Shown: positions 8,218-16,344, numbered from the stretch's first letter. The stretch: 20,000 nt of DNA from an uncultured virus (IMG/VR IMGVR_UViG_3300031224_000010) (IMGVR_UViG_3300031224_000010), one strand, 5' to 3'. The notes: generated by a model from the sequence alone, not told the origin. A program made the numbers and translations.

Positions 8218-8370
8218 GTCACCGGCGGCAGCACGTCGACAACGCTAACGTATGTTATTGATTACTGGAGCGGGGAATGTGCGCTTGTGAGCGGGGGGAT
8301 TCTGCTGGGAGAGGCTTTAAGATGCTGAATATAATAGAGATAAGCATATCGGTGACGTGGCTCAAGCCAC
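8218..8370. other. attP-like segment
   Basis: Inverted GTCACCG/CGGTGAC (8218-24, 8350-56), GAGCGGGG direct repeats (8268, 8289), IHF-like site (8251-63), AT-rich patch; located downstream of xis-int. Confidence 0.35.
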
Positions 8371-8402
8371 TCCTGGCCGGGTTTTCTGCGTGGTGGGGCC
8401 AT
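8262..8402 (-). pseudogene. int: Truncated integrase: about 15 N-terminal codons fused to unrelated sequence (46-aa ORF)
   Basis: Hand translation: ATG one base after the xis stop gives MAPPRRKPGQEWLEP..., resembling the basic start of lambda-type integrases; stop after 46 aa; no catalytic domain. Confidence 0.55.
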
Positions 8403-8403
8403 A

Positions 8404-8643
8404 TTATTGCAACTGTTCTGCCAGATCCTGAAGTAATCCTAGCTCCTGCGGGTTCTCCGGCAAACCCCGGATCCGCCGTTCCATGGTTTCGAAGTAGGTA
8501 TCCAGATCAATTCTCCAGCGCCGGCCGTCGCGGAACGCGCCCGGGATGTCCGGGCAACGCCTGCGAATGGTGGCGAGCGACGGCGGCTGGTTGTCTTCGC
8601 AATAAACCACCTCGATGAAGGTCTGTATTGAGACCGGTCTCAC
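8404..8643 (-). CDS. xis: Excisionase-like winged-HTH protein
   Basis: PPSLATIRRRCPDIPGAFRDGRRWRI resembles lambda Xis (PRSLETVRRW...KDGREY); last gene of the early operon. Confidence 0.7.
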   Translation of the reverse strand: MRPVSIQTFIEVVYCEDNQPPSLATIRRRCPDIPGAFRDGRRWRIDLDTYFETMERRIRGLPENPQELGLLQDLAEQLQ

Positions 8644-8969
8644 TGGGTTACCGCCTCCCGCCGAACGTGCCGGCTTTTCCAGCGCTGAAAGTGTGCCTTG
8701 ATCTGCCGGAACTTGGTGGCAGCCCGCACGTTATGGTCCAGTTCCGCCCGGCTGCTGATCTGGCATGCGGTGGTGATCAGGTCCCGGGCATCTTCTTCGG
8801 TGTGGGTACCGTCCGGAATTTCGACGTTGCCTTTTACGCTCTGGGCCCGGTCGAGGTACAGCTGGAAGGCTGGATCCTGGCAGAGCATGGCGGCCGAGCG
8901 GGCCAGGTGGCCGCCTTTGAGGTCAGCCATTTTCCTGTTCGCCAATTCGTTATTCTGGGTGCCGGTCAT
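8640..8969 (-). CDS. Conserved phage hypothetical protein
   Basis: 109 aa, 4-bp overlaps on both sides; LCQDPAFQLYL...CQISSRAELDHN motif. Confidence 0.8.
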   Translation of the reverse strand: MTGTQNNELANRKMADLKGGHLARSAAMLCQDPAFQLYLDRAQSVKGNVEIPDGTHTEEDARDLITTACQISSRAELDHNVRAATKFRQIKAHFQRWKSRHVRREAVTQ

Positions 8970-9568
8970 AAACCCTCCAGTGAAACCCGCTTTCTGTCTT
9001 CCAGGTATTCCCGGTTAACCTGCTGCCACCGGTCGTAACGCTGCTGGCTGAAGCCCGGGCCTTTCATGCGGTTGATGGTTTTCTGGTTTTTGGTGACCTG
9101 CCGGATTATTTCTTCCGGCGCGTACTGGTATTGCCAGAGTTCCAGGGCGTCATCTGGCTTGGAACCGTGCCAGGTCTGGCAGATCCAGCCCACGTCGAAT
9201 ACCTGGGATGTGCGCTGGGCGGACATTACGTCCGCTCGGAGCTGGTGATAGGCGCCCTGGATCTGCTGCAGGTTGTAGCTGGGCAGGTCGAATGTTCTGC
9301 TCTCCATCCACTTGGCCCCATCCACGGATTGGCACAGGGCGCGAACGCCAACTGACCAGTTGCGCGGGTACTTCAGTAAGTGGCTGGCCAGGTCGTAGCC
9401 CATGGGTATCCAGCCGAACTGCGTCCGCTTCTCTGCCGTGGTGTATTGCTGGCTATCGTCGGGGCTGATCATGCCCTCCCAGGTCCACAATCGGCACTGG
9501 GAGAACAGGCGCTGGTCGCGGGCGTGGGCGCTGTGCTGCTTTCTGCGGTTGTTACGCTTTTGGCTCAT
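8966..9568 (-). CDS. Hypothetical early protein (200 aa)
   Basis: Coupled ATGA overlaps within the early operon; Trp-rich. Confidence 0.8.
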   Translation of the reverse strand: MSQKRNNRRKQHSAHARDQRLFSQCRLWTWEGMISPDDSQQYTTAEKRTQFGWIPMGYDLASHLLKYPRNWSVGVRALCQSVDGAKWMESRTFDLPSYNLQQIQGAYHQLRADVMSAQRTSQVFDVGWICQTWHGSKPDDALELWQYQYAPEEIIRQVTKNQKTINRMKGPGFSQQRYDRWQQVNREYLEDRKRVSLEGL

Positions 9569-9885
9569 TGCGGAATCTCCCCGATTTCGGCCAGGGCTTT
9601 GCGGCCGGCGCGAAGCATGGCTTGCCGGTGGGACTTCTTCTCGATGCCGCGAAAATTCATCAGGTGCAGCACGCTCAGTACCTTTCGGATGGTGCCGGCG
9701 GGGTCGCGTTCGGCATCGTTGTTCAGGCTGATGGCGCAGTCGCTGGCGCTGGTGTTGATCAGGGCGGTCATCTGCTGTTCTGTCCGGTCAATCAGGCCCC
9801 CGAGTGGGGCGCGGACTGGCTTCCGGATGCCGTCTTCCCGAAGCCCTTCTTCGAAGTCCTGCCTGGTTGCTTCTTGGATGCTCAT
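9565..9885 (-). CDS. Hypothetical early protein (106 aa)
   Basis: ATGA overlaps; AAGGAG RBS. Confidence 0.8.
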   Translation of the reverse strand: MSIQEATRQDFEEGLREDGIRKPVRAPLGGLIDRTEQQMTALINTSASDCAISLNNDAERDPAGTIRKVLSVLHLMNFRGIEKKSHRQAMLRAGRKALAEIGEIPQ

Positions 9886-10256
9886 GCCGCAGTCTCCTTC
9901 AGCTCGACTTCGATGGGTTTGTTCATGGTAATCAGGTGATCCAGGTAGCGGATGAAGGTTTCCAGCCTGGCCATCCGCTCGCGGTAGTCCTCGTGCATCT
10001 CCGTCAGGTCCATAAACTCATAGAAATACAGGCGGATATCCAGACCGCCCAATGGTTCTGGCAATTCGAAGCCCTCGCGCCACACCGTGTTCACCGGCAT
10101 GATCTGCACATCAGCAGTAGAGGTGTGCCCATGAAAATCAACGTGTGCCTGAACGATCTTTCTGCGGTTCAGGATCATGCCCTGCAGGAAGATTTCCTCT
10201 AATGCCAGGTGCAGGTTGTCGGTCATCTGTTCTTCGGTTAGCGTCAGCGTATTCAT
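9882..10256 (-). CDS. Hypothetical early protein (124 aa)
   Basis: Start moved to MNTLTL (GGAG RBS) to remove the overlap with the upstream gene. Confidence 0.75.
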   Translation of the reverse strand: MNTLTLTEEQMTDNLHLALEEIFLQGMILNRRKIVQAHVDFHGHTSTADVQIMPVNTVWREGFELPEPLGGLDIRLYFYEFMDLTEMHEDYRERMARLETFIRYLDHLITMNKPIEVELKETAA

Positions 10257-10288
10257 ATTCTTCTCCGTCTGGCCTTTCCGGCCTGTAT

Positions 10289-10507
10289 TTATCGGTAATT
10301 CCGCGTCTTCACTTCCAGCAGCTGCTGGCAATCCACGCAGGTGGCGCAGCCGGGCAGCGCTTCCCGCCGTTTGGCGGGGATCTCGGTACCGCACTCTTCG
10401 CAGTAAGGATCGTTACTCGTGCCCTTTGGCTGGTTCCGCTGGTTCTCCAGGGCCAGCTCCAGGGACTGCTCGATGTAGTCACCGGCGATATCGGCTTTAT
10501 CCGCCAT
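10289..10507 (-). CDS. DksA/TraR C4-type zinc finger protein
   Basis: MADKADIA...CEECGTEIPAKRREALPGCATCVDCQ. Confidence 0.92.
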   Translation of the reverse strand: MADKADIAGDYIEQSLELALENQRNQPKGTSNDPYCEECGTEIPAKRREALPGCATCVDCQQLLEVKTRNYR

Positions 10508-10997
10508 GGCGCAGGGCCTCCGTGGCGTCTGGGTTCAGGTCCATGGCCGGGACCAGGCGAACGGATCCGGCTTTCACGCAGGCCTGGGCCTGCTCGGGGG
10601 AATCGAACACCACCACCATGGCCACGCGGTGGTGGCAGCGGCCGTGGTCTTCGTTGATCACGGTCAGCTCTCCAAGGTCGTGCACGCGGCCGGTGGGTTG
10701 ATTTGCAGGTTCGTTGTTCATGGGCGCTTCCTTATTTGGCGGTAGCCGGTAACGGATCAGTTTCAGGCCACGGTCGGTGATCAGGGTTTTGGTGTAGGGC
10801 GTTTTACCCCTGGTTGGGTGCTCATAGGTGCCGGTCTTCACCACGAAGATGCCTTTGCCGCGGAACGGTCCGGCGGGCATGTTGTGTTTGTCCAGCATCT
10901 TCAGCCTGCGAAGCTCGCGGGCCAGTGTGTTGCGGCCGGTGTCCAGCAGGGCGGCGGCCTGGTCGAAGGTGTGTTCCACGGTGGTTTCCTCCCTCAC
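10497..10997 (-). CDS. Antirepressor KilAC(ANT)-like domain protein with an extra C-terminal domain
   Basis: TFDQAAALLDTGRNTLARELRRLKML...GIFVVKTGTY...TKTLITDRGL. Confidence 0.75.
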   Translation of the reverse strand: MREETTVEHTFDQAAALLDTGRNTLARELRRLKMLDKHNMPAGPFRGKGIFVVKTGTYEHPTRGKTPYTKTLITDRGLKLIRYRLPPNKEAPMNNEPANQPTGRVHDLGELTVINEDHGRCHHRVAMVVVFDSPEQAQACVKAGSVRLVPAMDLNPDATEALRHGG

Positions 10998-13702
10998 AGC
11001 TCTTTCTCAAAGATCCAGCACCGGACGCTGTCGCTGCCAAGACTGTTGCCCTGGCTGCGAATCACGGAACGGACGGTGCGGCTGGATTCGATGAACTTGC
11101 GGCTGCGCGATGTTTTCAGGTGGCGCTTTAGCTCGCTCATCGGTGGTATGCGCAGCTTCTCTTCTGCACACACATGCTCGAAGTGCTTCAGGTTGACGGC
11201 GATCAGCTTGGCTTCGTCACCGTAGTGGTTCAGCACCGGGTAGCTGTTCAGACCCTCGATGTAGTCAACCGCTTCCCAGAACTCCTGCACCATCGGGTGG
11301 TCCGCATTCACGGACGTTTGGCGCTCCAGGGCCATTTCCTGAACCATCTCCCGCGCGGGCTCAAGGTAGGATTCGGGCAGCAGCTTCAGGCCATCCGGCC
11401 CCAGGCAATCCACCAGGGCCAGAAGCTGCCCGTGGTTTTTCGCAATCCGGTGGATGCGGATGTCGGGCATCTCGGCCAGGGCTTTTTCGTACTGGGGGGC
11501 GCGCTCAGTCACCAGGCGCATTACCTTAGATTCGCCGGCGGTGGCCTGCAGCACGAAGCCGCTGACCTTTTCCATGGGCGTGCGTTCCAGCTTCTCGGCC
11601 AGGGCCTTGGTGGTCTCGTTGTGGTTTTCGCGGGTGACGTTCAGGTGCATGATGCGCTGCAGCACGGCATCGCTGGCGTTTACCTGGGCGTTCTGGCTGA
11701 TCACGATGGCGCCACGGAAGGGCGGTTCGTAGGTGTCGTTGCCGCCGTTCTTCTGGCCACGGCTGCGCACGCTGCGGCCGTTGTAGGCGGTTTTCAACTC
11801 ATCCCAGTCGAACTGTTTCTGCTTTCCGCCGGCGCCGTCCTGGTCGCGGTCGGACTCAATCAGCACAACCGGCAGGTTGGACACCTGGGCGAAGTTCCGG
11901 GCCCGGGCGGCTAGGGTGGCCTTGCTGGGGTCGAAGCCTTCGTAATCCTGCCGGCCTACCAGCTTCCACAGGAATTCGATCAACGTGGATTTACCGGAGC
12001 CGGCTTCGCCCACAATCTCGATGAAGGGAAAGCTTTTGTGTGCCTTGCGGATCTGCTCGGCGAACAGCGTGCCCAGCCAGTAGGACAGGGCGATCACACC
12101 CTTGGGGCCGAAACAGTTGGCCAGATCCTGAGCCCAGCCGCGCTGGTAGTCTGCGGAGTTCTTATTGATGTTCAGGGCTACCGATTCCGACAGCGTTTTC
12201 ACGCTCATGCGGCCGATGTCGTAGTAGTCTTCGTTGTTCAGCTCGTGTATCTGCCCGGCGTGAACGGCCAGCTCCGGGAATACCCAGGTTTCGTGCTCTT
12301 TGCTGTAGCCGATGAAATCGATGGTCTCGACAGTTTTAATGCCGGAGATTTGCTGCTTCAGCAGGCGGTCCAGCTGATGGCTGGAACCGGTCCACACGGC
12401 ACCGGGCGCCACGCCCAGCAGGCGCTTCTTGAATTCGCTGGCGCTGGCCAGCTGGCCGCCGCTGAAGGTGTTCTTAACCGGCCGCCCGTCGTGCGGGAAA
12501 TCCACACGGTAGTAGTACCAGCTTTCATCGGTGATCTTGTTGGCCAGGTAATACAGGGCGGTGGGGTAGCAGTTGGCGATCTCGATGACCGCGTTGCACT
12601 GTTCCAGGGCCCGGGTAACGATCTGCTTGTCCGTCAGCGGCTCGTCGCTTTCCTCCAGGTCGCTCATCGCCTTGTGGAATTCGTCCATGTTCAACTTGAA
12701 CCAGAACAGGCGGTTGTTGAACCCGAAAGGGAATTCTTTCCGGTTGGTGTGCGTGTAGATGCGGTTGGCTTTCTCGCCAGCGCTGCGGGCAATGACCAGG
12801 TCGCCCTGGTAAAGGAATTCGTCGGTGGTCGGCTCGCCGTGTTCGTTGACCAGCTCGCCTCGCTGCCAGGCGTCGTTCCAGTCACGCTTGAACTTGCCTT
12901 CCCGGGGGATAACCGCAGCGCCTACCTTCAGGCCCTGTGACCGGGCGATGTTGGCAAACTTGCCAATGTAGCGAACACCGGCTTCGTCACCGTCCATGGC
13001 CCAGATGATGCGGGGCATGTCTTGGCCCGCTTTTTCCCGGGTGGCTGTCAGGGTGTCCAGGAACTTATCCGGGTAGTTGTTGCAGCTGAACGCGGCCACG
13101 GCGGGTATGCCGGCGTGGTACAGGGCGATCGCATCGAAGATGCCTTCCACCACCCAGAGCTCCTTGCCCTGGGACAGATCCAGCCCGGGCGGTGCCCAGG
13201 CCAGGCCTTTGAAGTTGGCGCCCCGGTTGAAGTGGGCTTTCATTTTGCCGAACCGGTGGGGCTTGTCGATCAGCCGTTCCCAGTGGTCGCGGTCGTTGAT
13301 CTGGAAGCGCACGGTGGCGCTGCTGATGTTGCGCTCGTAATCCCAGTAGGTTTCCTGGTTGTACCAGCCCTTCACCACAGCCAGATCGAAGCCGCGGCCG
13401 TGCTTCATATACGCATCGGCCACTTCGGTACCGGTGGGCTTTTCGCCTTGCTTCAGGTCGGTTCTGGCGTAGCGCTCTGTCCAGCTGTCGAACAGATCCG
13501 GGAACAGCTCCTTTACGTGGTGCTGTTCACCGCAACGGCTCTCACGCCCGCACTTCACCATCCATGGTTCGTCGGTGCCCACGAAGGCTTCACGCTTGCC
13601 ACAGGAGTGGCAGCGCAGGCGGCGCAGGAACTTGCCGCGCTCCAGGCCTTCGTAGTCACTCTGGAGCCGTAGAAGGATGTCGGCCCTTAGTTGGTCTTGC
13701 AT
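10994..13702 (-). CDS. Replication primase-helicase (Zn finger + TOPRIM + P-loop NTPase), 902 aa
   Basis: CHSC...CGRESRC zinc finger; VVEGIFDAIAL and AMDGDEAG TOPRIM motifs; GEAGSGKS Walker A; VVLIESD Walker B. Confidence 0.9.
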   Translation of the reverse strand: MQDQLRADILLRLQSDYEGLERGKFLRRLRCHSCGKREAFVGTDEPWMVKCGRESRCGEQHHVKELFPDLFDSWTERYARTDLKQGEKPTGTEVADAYMKHGRGFDLAVVKGWYNQETYWDYERNISSATVRFQINDRDHWERLIDKPHRFGKMKAHFNRGANFKGLAWAPPGLDLSQGKELWVVEGIFDAIALYHAGIPAVAAFSCNNYPDKFLDTLTATREKAGQDMPRIIWAMDGDEAGVRYIGKFANIARSQGLKVGAAVIPREGKFKRDWNDAWQRGELVNEHGEPTTDEFLYQGDLVIARSAGEKANRIYTHTNRKEFPFGFNNRLFWFKLNMDEFHKAMSDLEESDEPLTDKQIVTRALEQCNAVIEIANCYPTALYYLANKITDESWYYYRVDFPHDGRPVKNTFSGGQLASASEFKKRLLGVAPGAVWTGSSHQLDRLLKQQISGIKTVETIDFIGYSKEHETWVFPELAVHAGQIHELNNEDYYDIGRMSVKTLSESVALNINKNSADYQRGWAQDLANCFGPKGVIALSYWLGTLFAEQIRKAHKSFPFIEIVGEAGSGKSTLIEFLWKLVGRQDYEGFDPSKATLAARARNFAQVSNLPVVLIESDRDQDGAGGKQKQFDWDELKTAYNGRSVRSRGQKNGGNDTYEPPFRGAIVISQNAQVNASDAVLQRIMHLNVTRENHNETTKALAEKLERTPMEKVSGFVLQATAGESKVMRLVTERAPQYEKALAEMPDIRIHRIAKNHGQLLALVDCLGPDGLKLLPESYLEPAREMVQEMALERQTSVNADHPMVQEFWEAVDYIEGLNSYPVLNHYGDEAKLIAVNLKHFEHVCAEEKLRIPPMSELKRHLKTSRSRKFIESSRTVRSVIRSQGNSLGSDSVRCWIFEKEL

Positions 13703-13717
13703 GCGGGGCGCTCCGGA

Positions 13718-14056
13718 TCAGGCGTTGATTCGATTGATGGTGTTGTGCTGCGAGTCCCGCAGCTGCAGGAGCTCGTGCACTGAAAAGATGTTGGTGCGGC
13801 CGCTGGCGTCGTGGATAACCACGGTATTGCCGGTAGTGAGGCTGACATCGACGTAGGCCGGCGGCTTGCCGGTGGCTTCCAGATCCGCCCATGCCTTGGT
13901 GGTGACCAGTGCCGCCCGCCGCCGACTGCATTGGTACTGCTCCATCAGGCTGTCGATGGTCATATCCACACACTCGCGGGCGTCGTAGTGGCCATTGCGC
14001 AGAGCCAGAAGCTGGGCATAGGCGGAGTCGGTCATGTTTTGTGCGATCGCGTTCAT
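13718..14056 (-). CDS. Hypothetical protein (112 aa)
   Basis: Start moved to MNAIAQ (AAAGGA RBS, ATGA overlap with the ogr-like stop). Confidence 0.75.
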   Translation of the reverse strand: MNAIAQNMTDSAYAQLLALRNGHYDARECVDMTIDSLMEQYQCSRRRAALVTTKAWADLEATGKPPAYVDVSLTTGNTVVIHDASGRTNIFSVHELLQLRDSQHNTINRINA

Positions 14057-14616
14057 CGTTGTGGTTCCTTTTTCTTGGGTTGGAACTTCTCGTAGGCCAG
14101 CTCCATTTCCTGCTGGCATTGCTCCCGGACTTCCGGGGATAACGGTATCTCTCGCAGGCCGCCGTCCGGGTCCAGTGACAGGCGGTCGGTGTGAGTAATG
14201 AACACCACGCCCCGGTACCCGCAATGGTCTGCGTCCTGGCAGAACACGTAGAGCTGACGCTGGGCCCGGATCATCTGCACGCTGGTGCGAACACGGCACA
14301 CGCCCTGGCAGTGCGGGCAGAGAATTCTAAGAAAGCTGTTTCGAATGCCGGGCTGAAGTTTCTGGTGGCCTTCCTCCGGCATTGTCGGGTGCCTGGCTTC
14401 CAGCACCGGGCCGTAGGAGACCTGAACGGACCCCCGGTAGCCGCACTCAAGGTTCCGGCACTGCACCAGAGCGTCCGATCCGCGCTCCTGTATGCTGCGA
14501 CTGGACTGAATGGAACACGCCTCCCCGCAGGATGGGCAGTTCAGGTGCAGGAAGTTCCGGGTCAGCCGGCTCATGGTTGCCGGGTTTTCCGCTTGCTGTG
14601 CGCTGTCGCTCGCCAT
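14053..14616 (-). CDS. ogr: Ogr/Delta-like late transcriptional activator with two zinc-finger domains
   Basis: CPSC...VQCRNLECGYRG and CPHC...VRTS...LYVFCQDADHCGYRG; start MASDS (alternative MSRLT at 14574). Confidence 0.82.
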   Translation of the reverse strand: MASDSAQQAENPATMSRLTRNFLHLNCPSCGEACSIQSSRSIQERGSDALVQCRNLECGYRGSVQVSYGPVLEARHPTMPEEGHQKLQPGIRNSFLRILCPHCQGVCRVRTSVQMIRAQRQLYVFCQDADHCGYRGVVFITHTDRLSLDPDGGLREIPLSPEVREQCQQEMELAYEKFQPKKKEPQR

Positions 14617-14633
14617 GGTGATTGCTGCGCCCC

Positions 14634-14831
14634 TTAGTGCCGTTGTTTTGTGCCTGGGTGAACCAGGTGGATGCGGCTGTTCCGATCCTCGATGGTTTTC
14701 AGGAACCGGAGCCCTTCTGCCATCGGCAGCCCTGCTCTGATTACGTAGGCGTTGATGCGCCACTTGGTGTCCCTTTCCTGTCTGTCGAACCACTCCATCA
14801 GCTCTTTTTCGGTGTTGGTTTGTTGGTGCAT
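14634..14831 (-). CDS. Hypothetical protein (65 aa)
   Basis: GAGGA RBS; fits the early operon. Confidence 0.65.
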   Translation of the reverse strand: MHQQTNTEKELMEWFDRQERDTKWRINAYVIRAGLPMAEGLRFLKTIEDRNSRIHLVHPGTKQRH

Positions 14832-14925
14832 TCAGTCCTCGGTGGTGATTAAGGGATTCTCTGGGGATTCCCTACGGAAGCTGTTAAAAGCCAAAACTCC
14901 CTGGCGTCGTTAATTCATTGCGAAA

Positions 14926-15252
14926 TTAGAGCGTTCGGCGCTCGTACCTCTGGCGCAGCTCTTCGCCGCCCGGAATGCCTTCTTCGTCCAGGAAGCGATC
15001 AATGGCCCGGCGGCGCTGGCCGGGGACTTGACTGGCTTTCAGGATTTCTTCGGCAGAGGGAACACCGGCCTGTTCCAGGAACTGCTGGATGGCATGGCGC
15101 GCAGCGGCCGCACGGCGGCGGGTGCCGTCAGACCCCAGATTGCGAGCCCACCACAGAAGGCGGATGTGGTCTTCCGTGCTCAGGCGGATGCTGAACTTAT
15201 GCTCGCGTACCGCTTTTGGCGGCGTGTGCTGGGTGTAGCCAATGTCCGTCAT
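14926..15252 (-). CDS. Putative ribbon-helix-helix DNA-binding protein
   Basis: KFSIRLSTEDHIRLLWWA...AAAARHAIQQFL pattern; AAGGAG RBS. Confidence 0.6.
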   Translation of the reverse strand: MTDIGYTQHTPPKAVREHKFSIRLSTEDHIRLLWWARNLGSDGTRRRAAAARHAIQQFLEQAGVPSAEEILKASQVPGQRRRAIDRFLDEEGIPGGEELRQRYERRTL

Positions 15253-15300
15253 GTATTGCTCCTTGGCGCCGATGCAGTTACCGGGCCGTTACTCCGGGAA

Positions 15301-15504
15301 TCAGCTGGAGGTGCTTTCCTGATAACTGGCAAGGCCCTGGAGGAAAAAAATTCGAGATTGAGACGCCATGGATCGCCCCTCTGCCAGAGCGGCTTTTTCA
15401 AGGCCTGCTCTCTCTTCCGGTAGAAGGCGCAGAGCAATAGGCTTGGCAGTTAGAACGCCAGACGGTGCTCGGTGGCTGTAGCCGGGTTTTTTTGAATCCT
15501 TCAT
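15301..15504 (-). CDS. Cro-position regulator, Arc/RHH-like (67 aa)
   Basis: First early gene, divergent from cI; KPIALRLLPEERAGLEKAALAEGRSMASQSRIFFLQGL; start moved to MKDSK. Confidence 0.7.
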   Translation of the reverse strand: MKDSKKPGYSHRAPSGVLTAKPIALRLLPEERAGLEKAALAEGRSMASQSRIFFLQGLASYQESTSS

Positions 15505-15513
15505 GGTGTATTC

Positions 15514-15538
15514 TCTGTGTAACGATGTATTACACAGA
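15514..15538. promoter_or_regulatory. Operator-like palindrome in the cro/cI intergenic region
   Basis: TCTGTGTAA-N7-TTACACAGA, perfect 9-bp arms. Confidence 0.7.
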
Positions 15539-15604
15539 ATGATAGACCCCAATGCGCAAGAATGTAAACAAAACGGGAATTTAAAGTTCCTATCGTTATC
15601 CAGA

Positions 15605-16282
15605 ATGAGCGAAAGACTTTTAAATAGTGAACAGATTATTCACAGAATGAGAGAGGTTATCGGCGCCAGGAATGACGGGCTTGTCGGCGAGTTTGTTGGA
15701 GCTTCGAAGCAGGCGGTCTACAACTGGAAAAACCGTGGATCTATTCCAATTGAGTACTGCGTCAATTTTTGCGTGAAGACGGGACGGAGCATGGACTGGC
15801 TTATTTTTGGTTCTGAACCCGGAATGTCAGTGGCAGTAGCCGCGTCTAATTATGGGATCACCGCCGATGAGGACTACAGCGAAATCCCGGTGTACGACAT
15901 CGAGGCCAGTGCAGGCCCTGGGTCCATTTTTGACCAGGAGCTGATAAGCACCTATTTAAAGTTTCGGAAGGACTGGCTAACACGCGAATGCCTGCATGTT
16001 CATAACCTGGTAGCGATTCGCGTTACCGGTGATTCAATGGACGGCACTCTAACCACGGGTGACACGGTTCTTATTGATCGGTCCAGGAAGAAGCCTGACG
16101 GCGTATTTGCCATAAGGATCGGTGACTCGCTGCGCATTAAGCGCCTGCAGAAGATGACTGACGGAACTCTCCGGGTATCCAGCGACAACCCGGTTTATCA
16201 GCCTGAGCATATCCACCCTGAGAACATGAACCAGGTGGAGATTGTTGGGCAGTGTTACTGGCGAGATGGTAGGGTTTTTTAA
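15605..16282 (+). CDS. cI: CI-like repressor (HTH + S24 peptidase)
   Basis: GASKQAVYNWKNRGSIP HTH; ASAG cleavage site; GDSM catalytic Ser; IKRL catalytic Lys; start moved to MSERLL. Confidence 0.92.
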   Translation: MSERLLNSEQIIHRMREVIGARNDGLVGEFVGASKQAVYNWKNRGSIPIEYCVNFCVKTGRSMDWLIFGSEPGMSVAVAASNYGITADEDYSEIPVYDIEASAGPGSIFDQELISTYLKFRKDWLTRECLHVHNLVAIRVTGDSMDGTLTTGDTVLIDRSRKKPDGVFAIRIGDSLRIKRLQKMTDGTLRVSSDNPVYQPEHIHPENMNQVEIVGQCYWRDGRVF

Positions 16283-16344
16283 GTTTTAGTAGTAGTCGCC
16301 CTTGAAGCCGGGGGCGGCAGTATTTGACGAAGGGAGCAGTAACC

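Noticed and set aside
7595..8328. Short ORFs 7595-7816, 7928-8110 and 8047-8328
   Set aside because: They overlap the terminator, cos and iteron array, with no convincing RBS or protein features
8266..8340. tRNA-Gly gene
   Set aside because: Only a 3'-end-like 12-mer; no T-loop (GTTCGA) or cloverleaf upstream
11174..13672. Long plus-strand ORFs (246, 300 and 216 aa)
   Set aside because: Antisense shadows of the primase-helicase caused by high-GC codon bias
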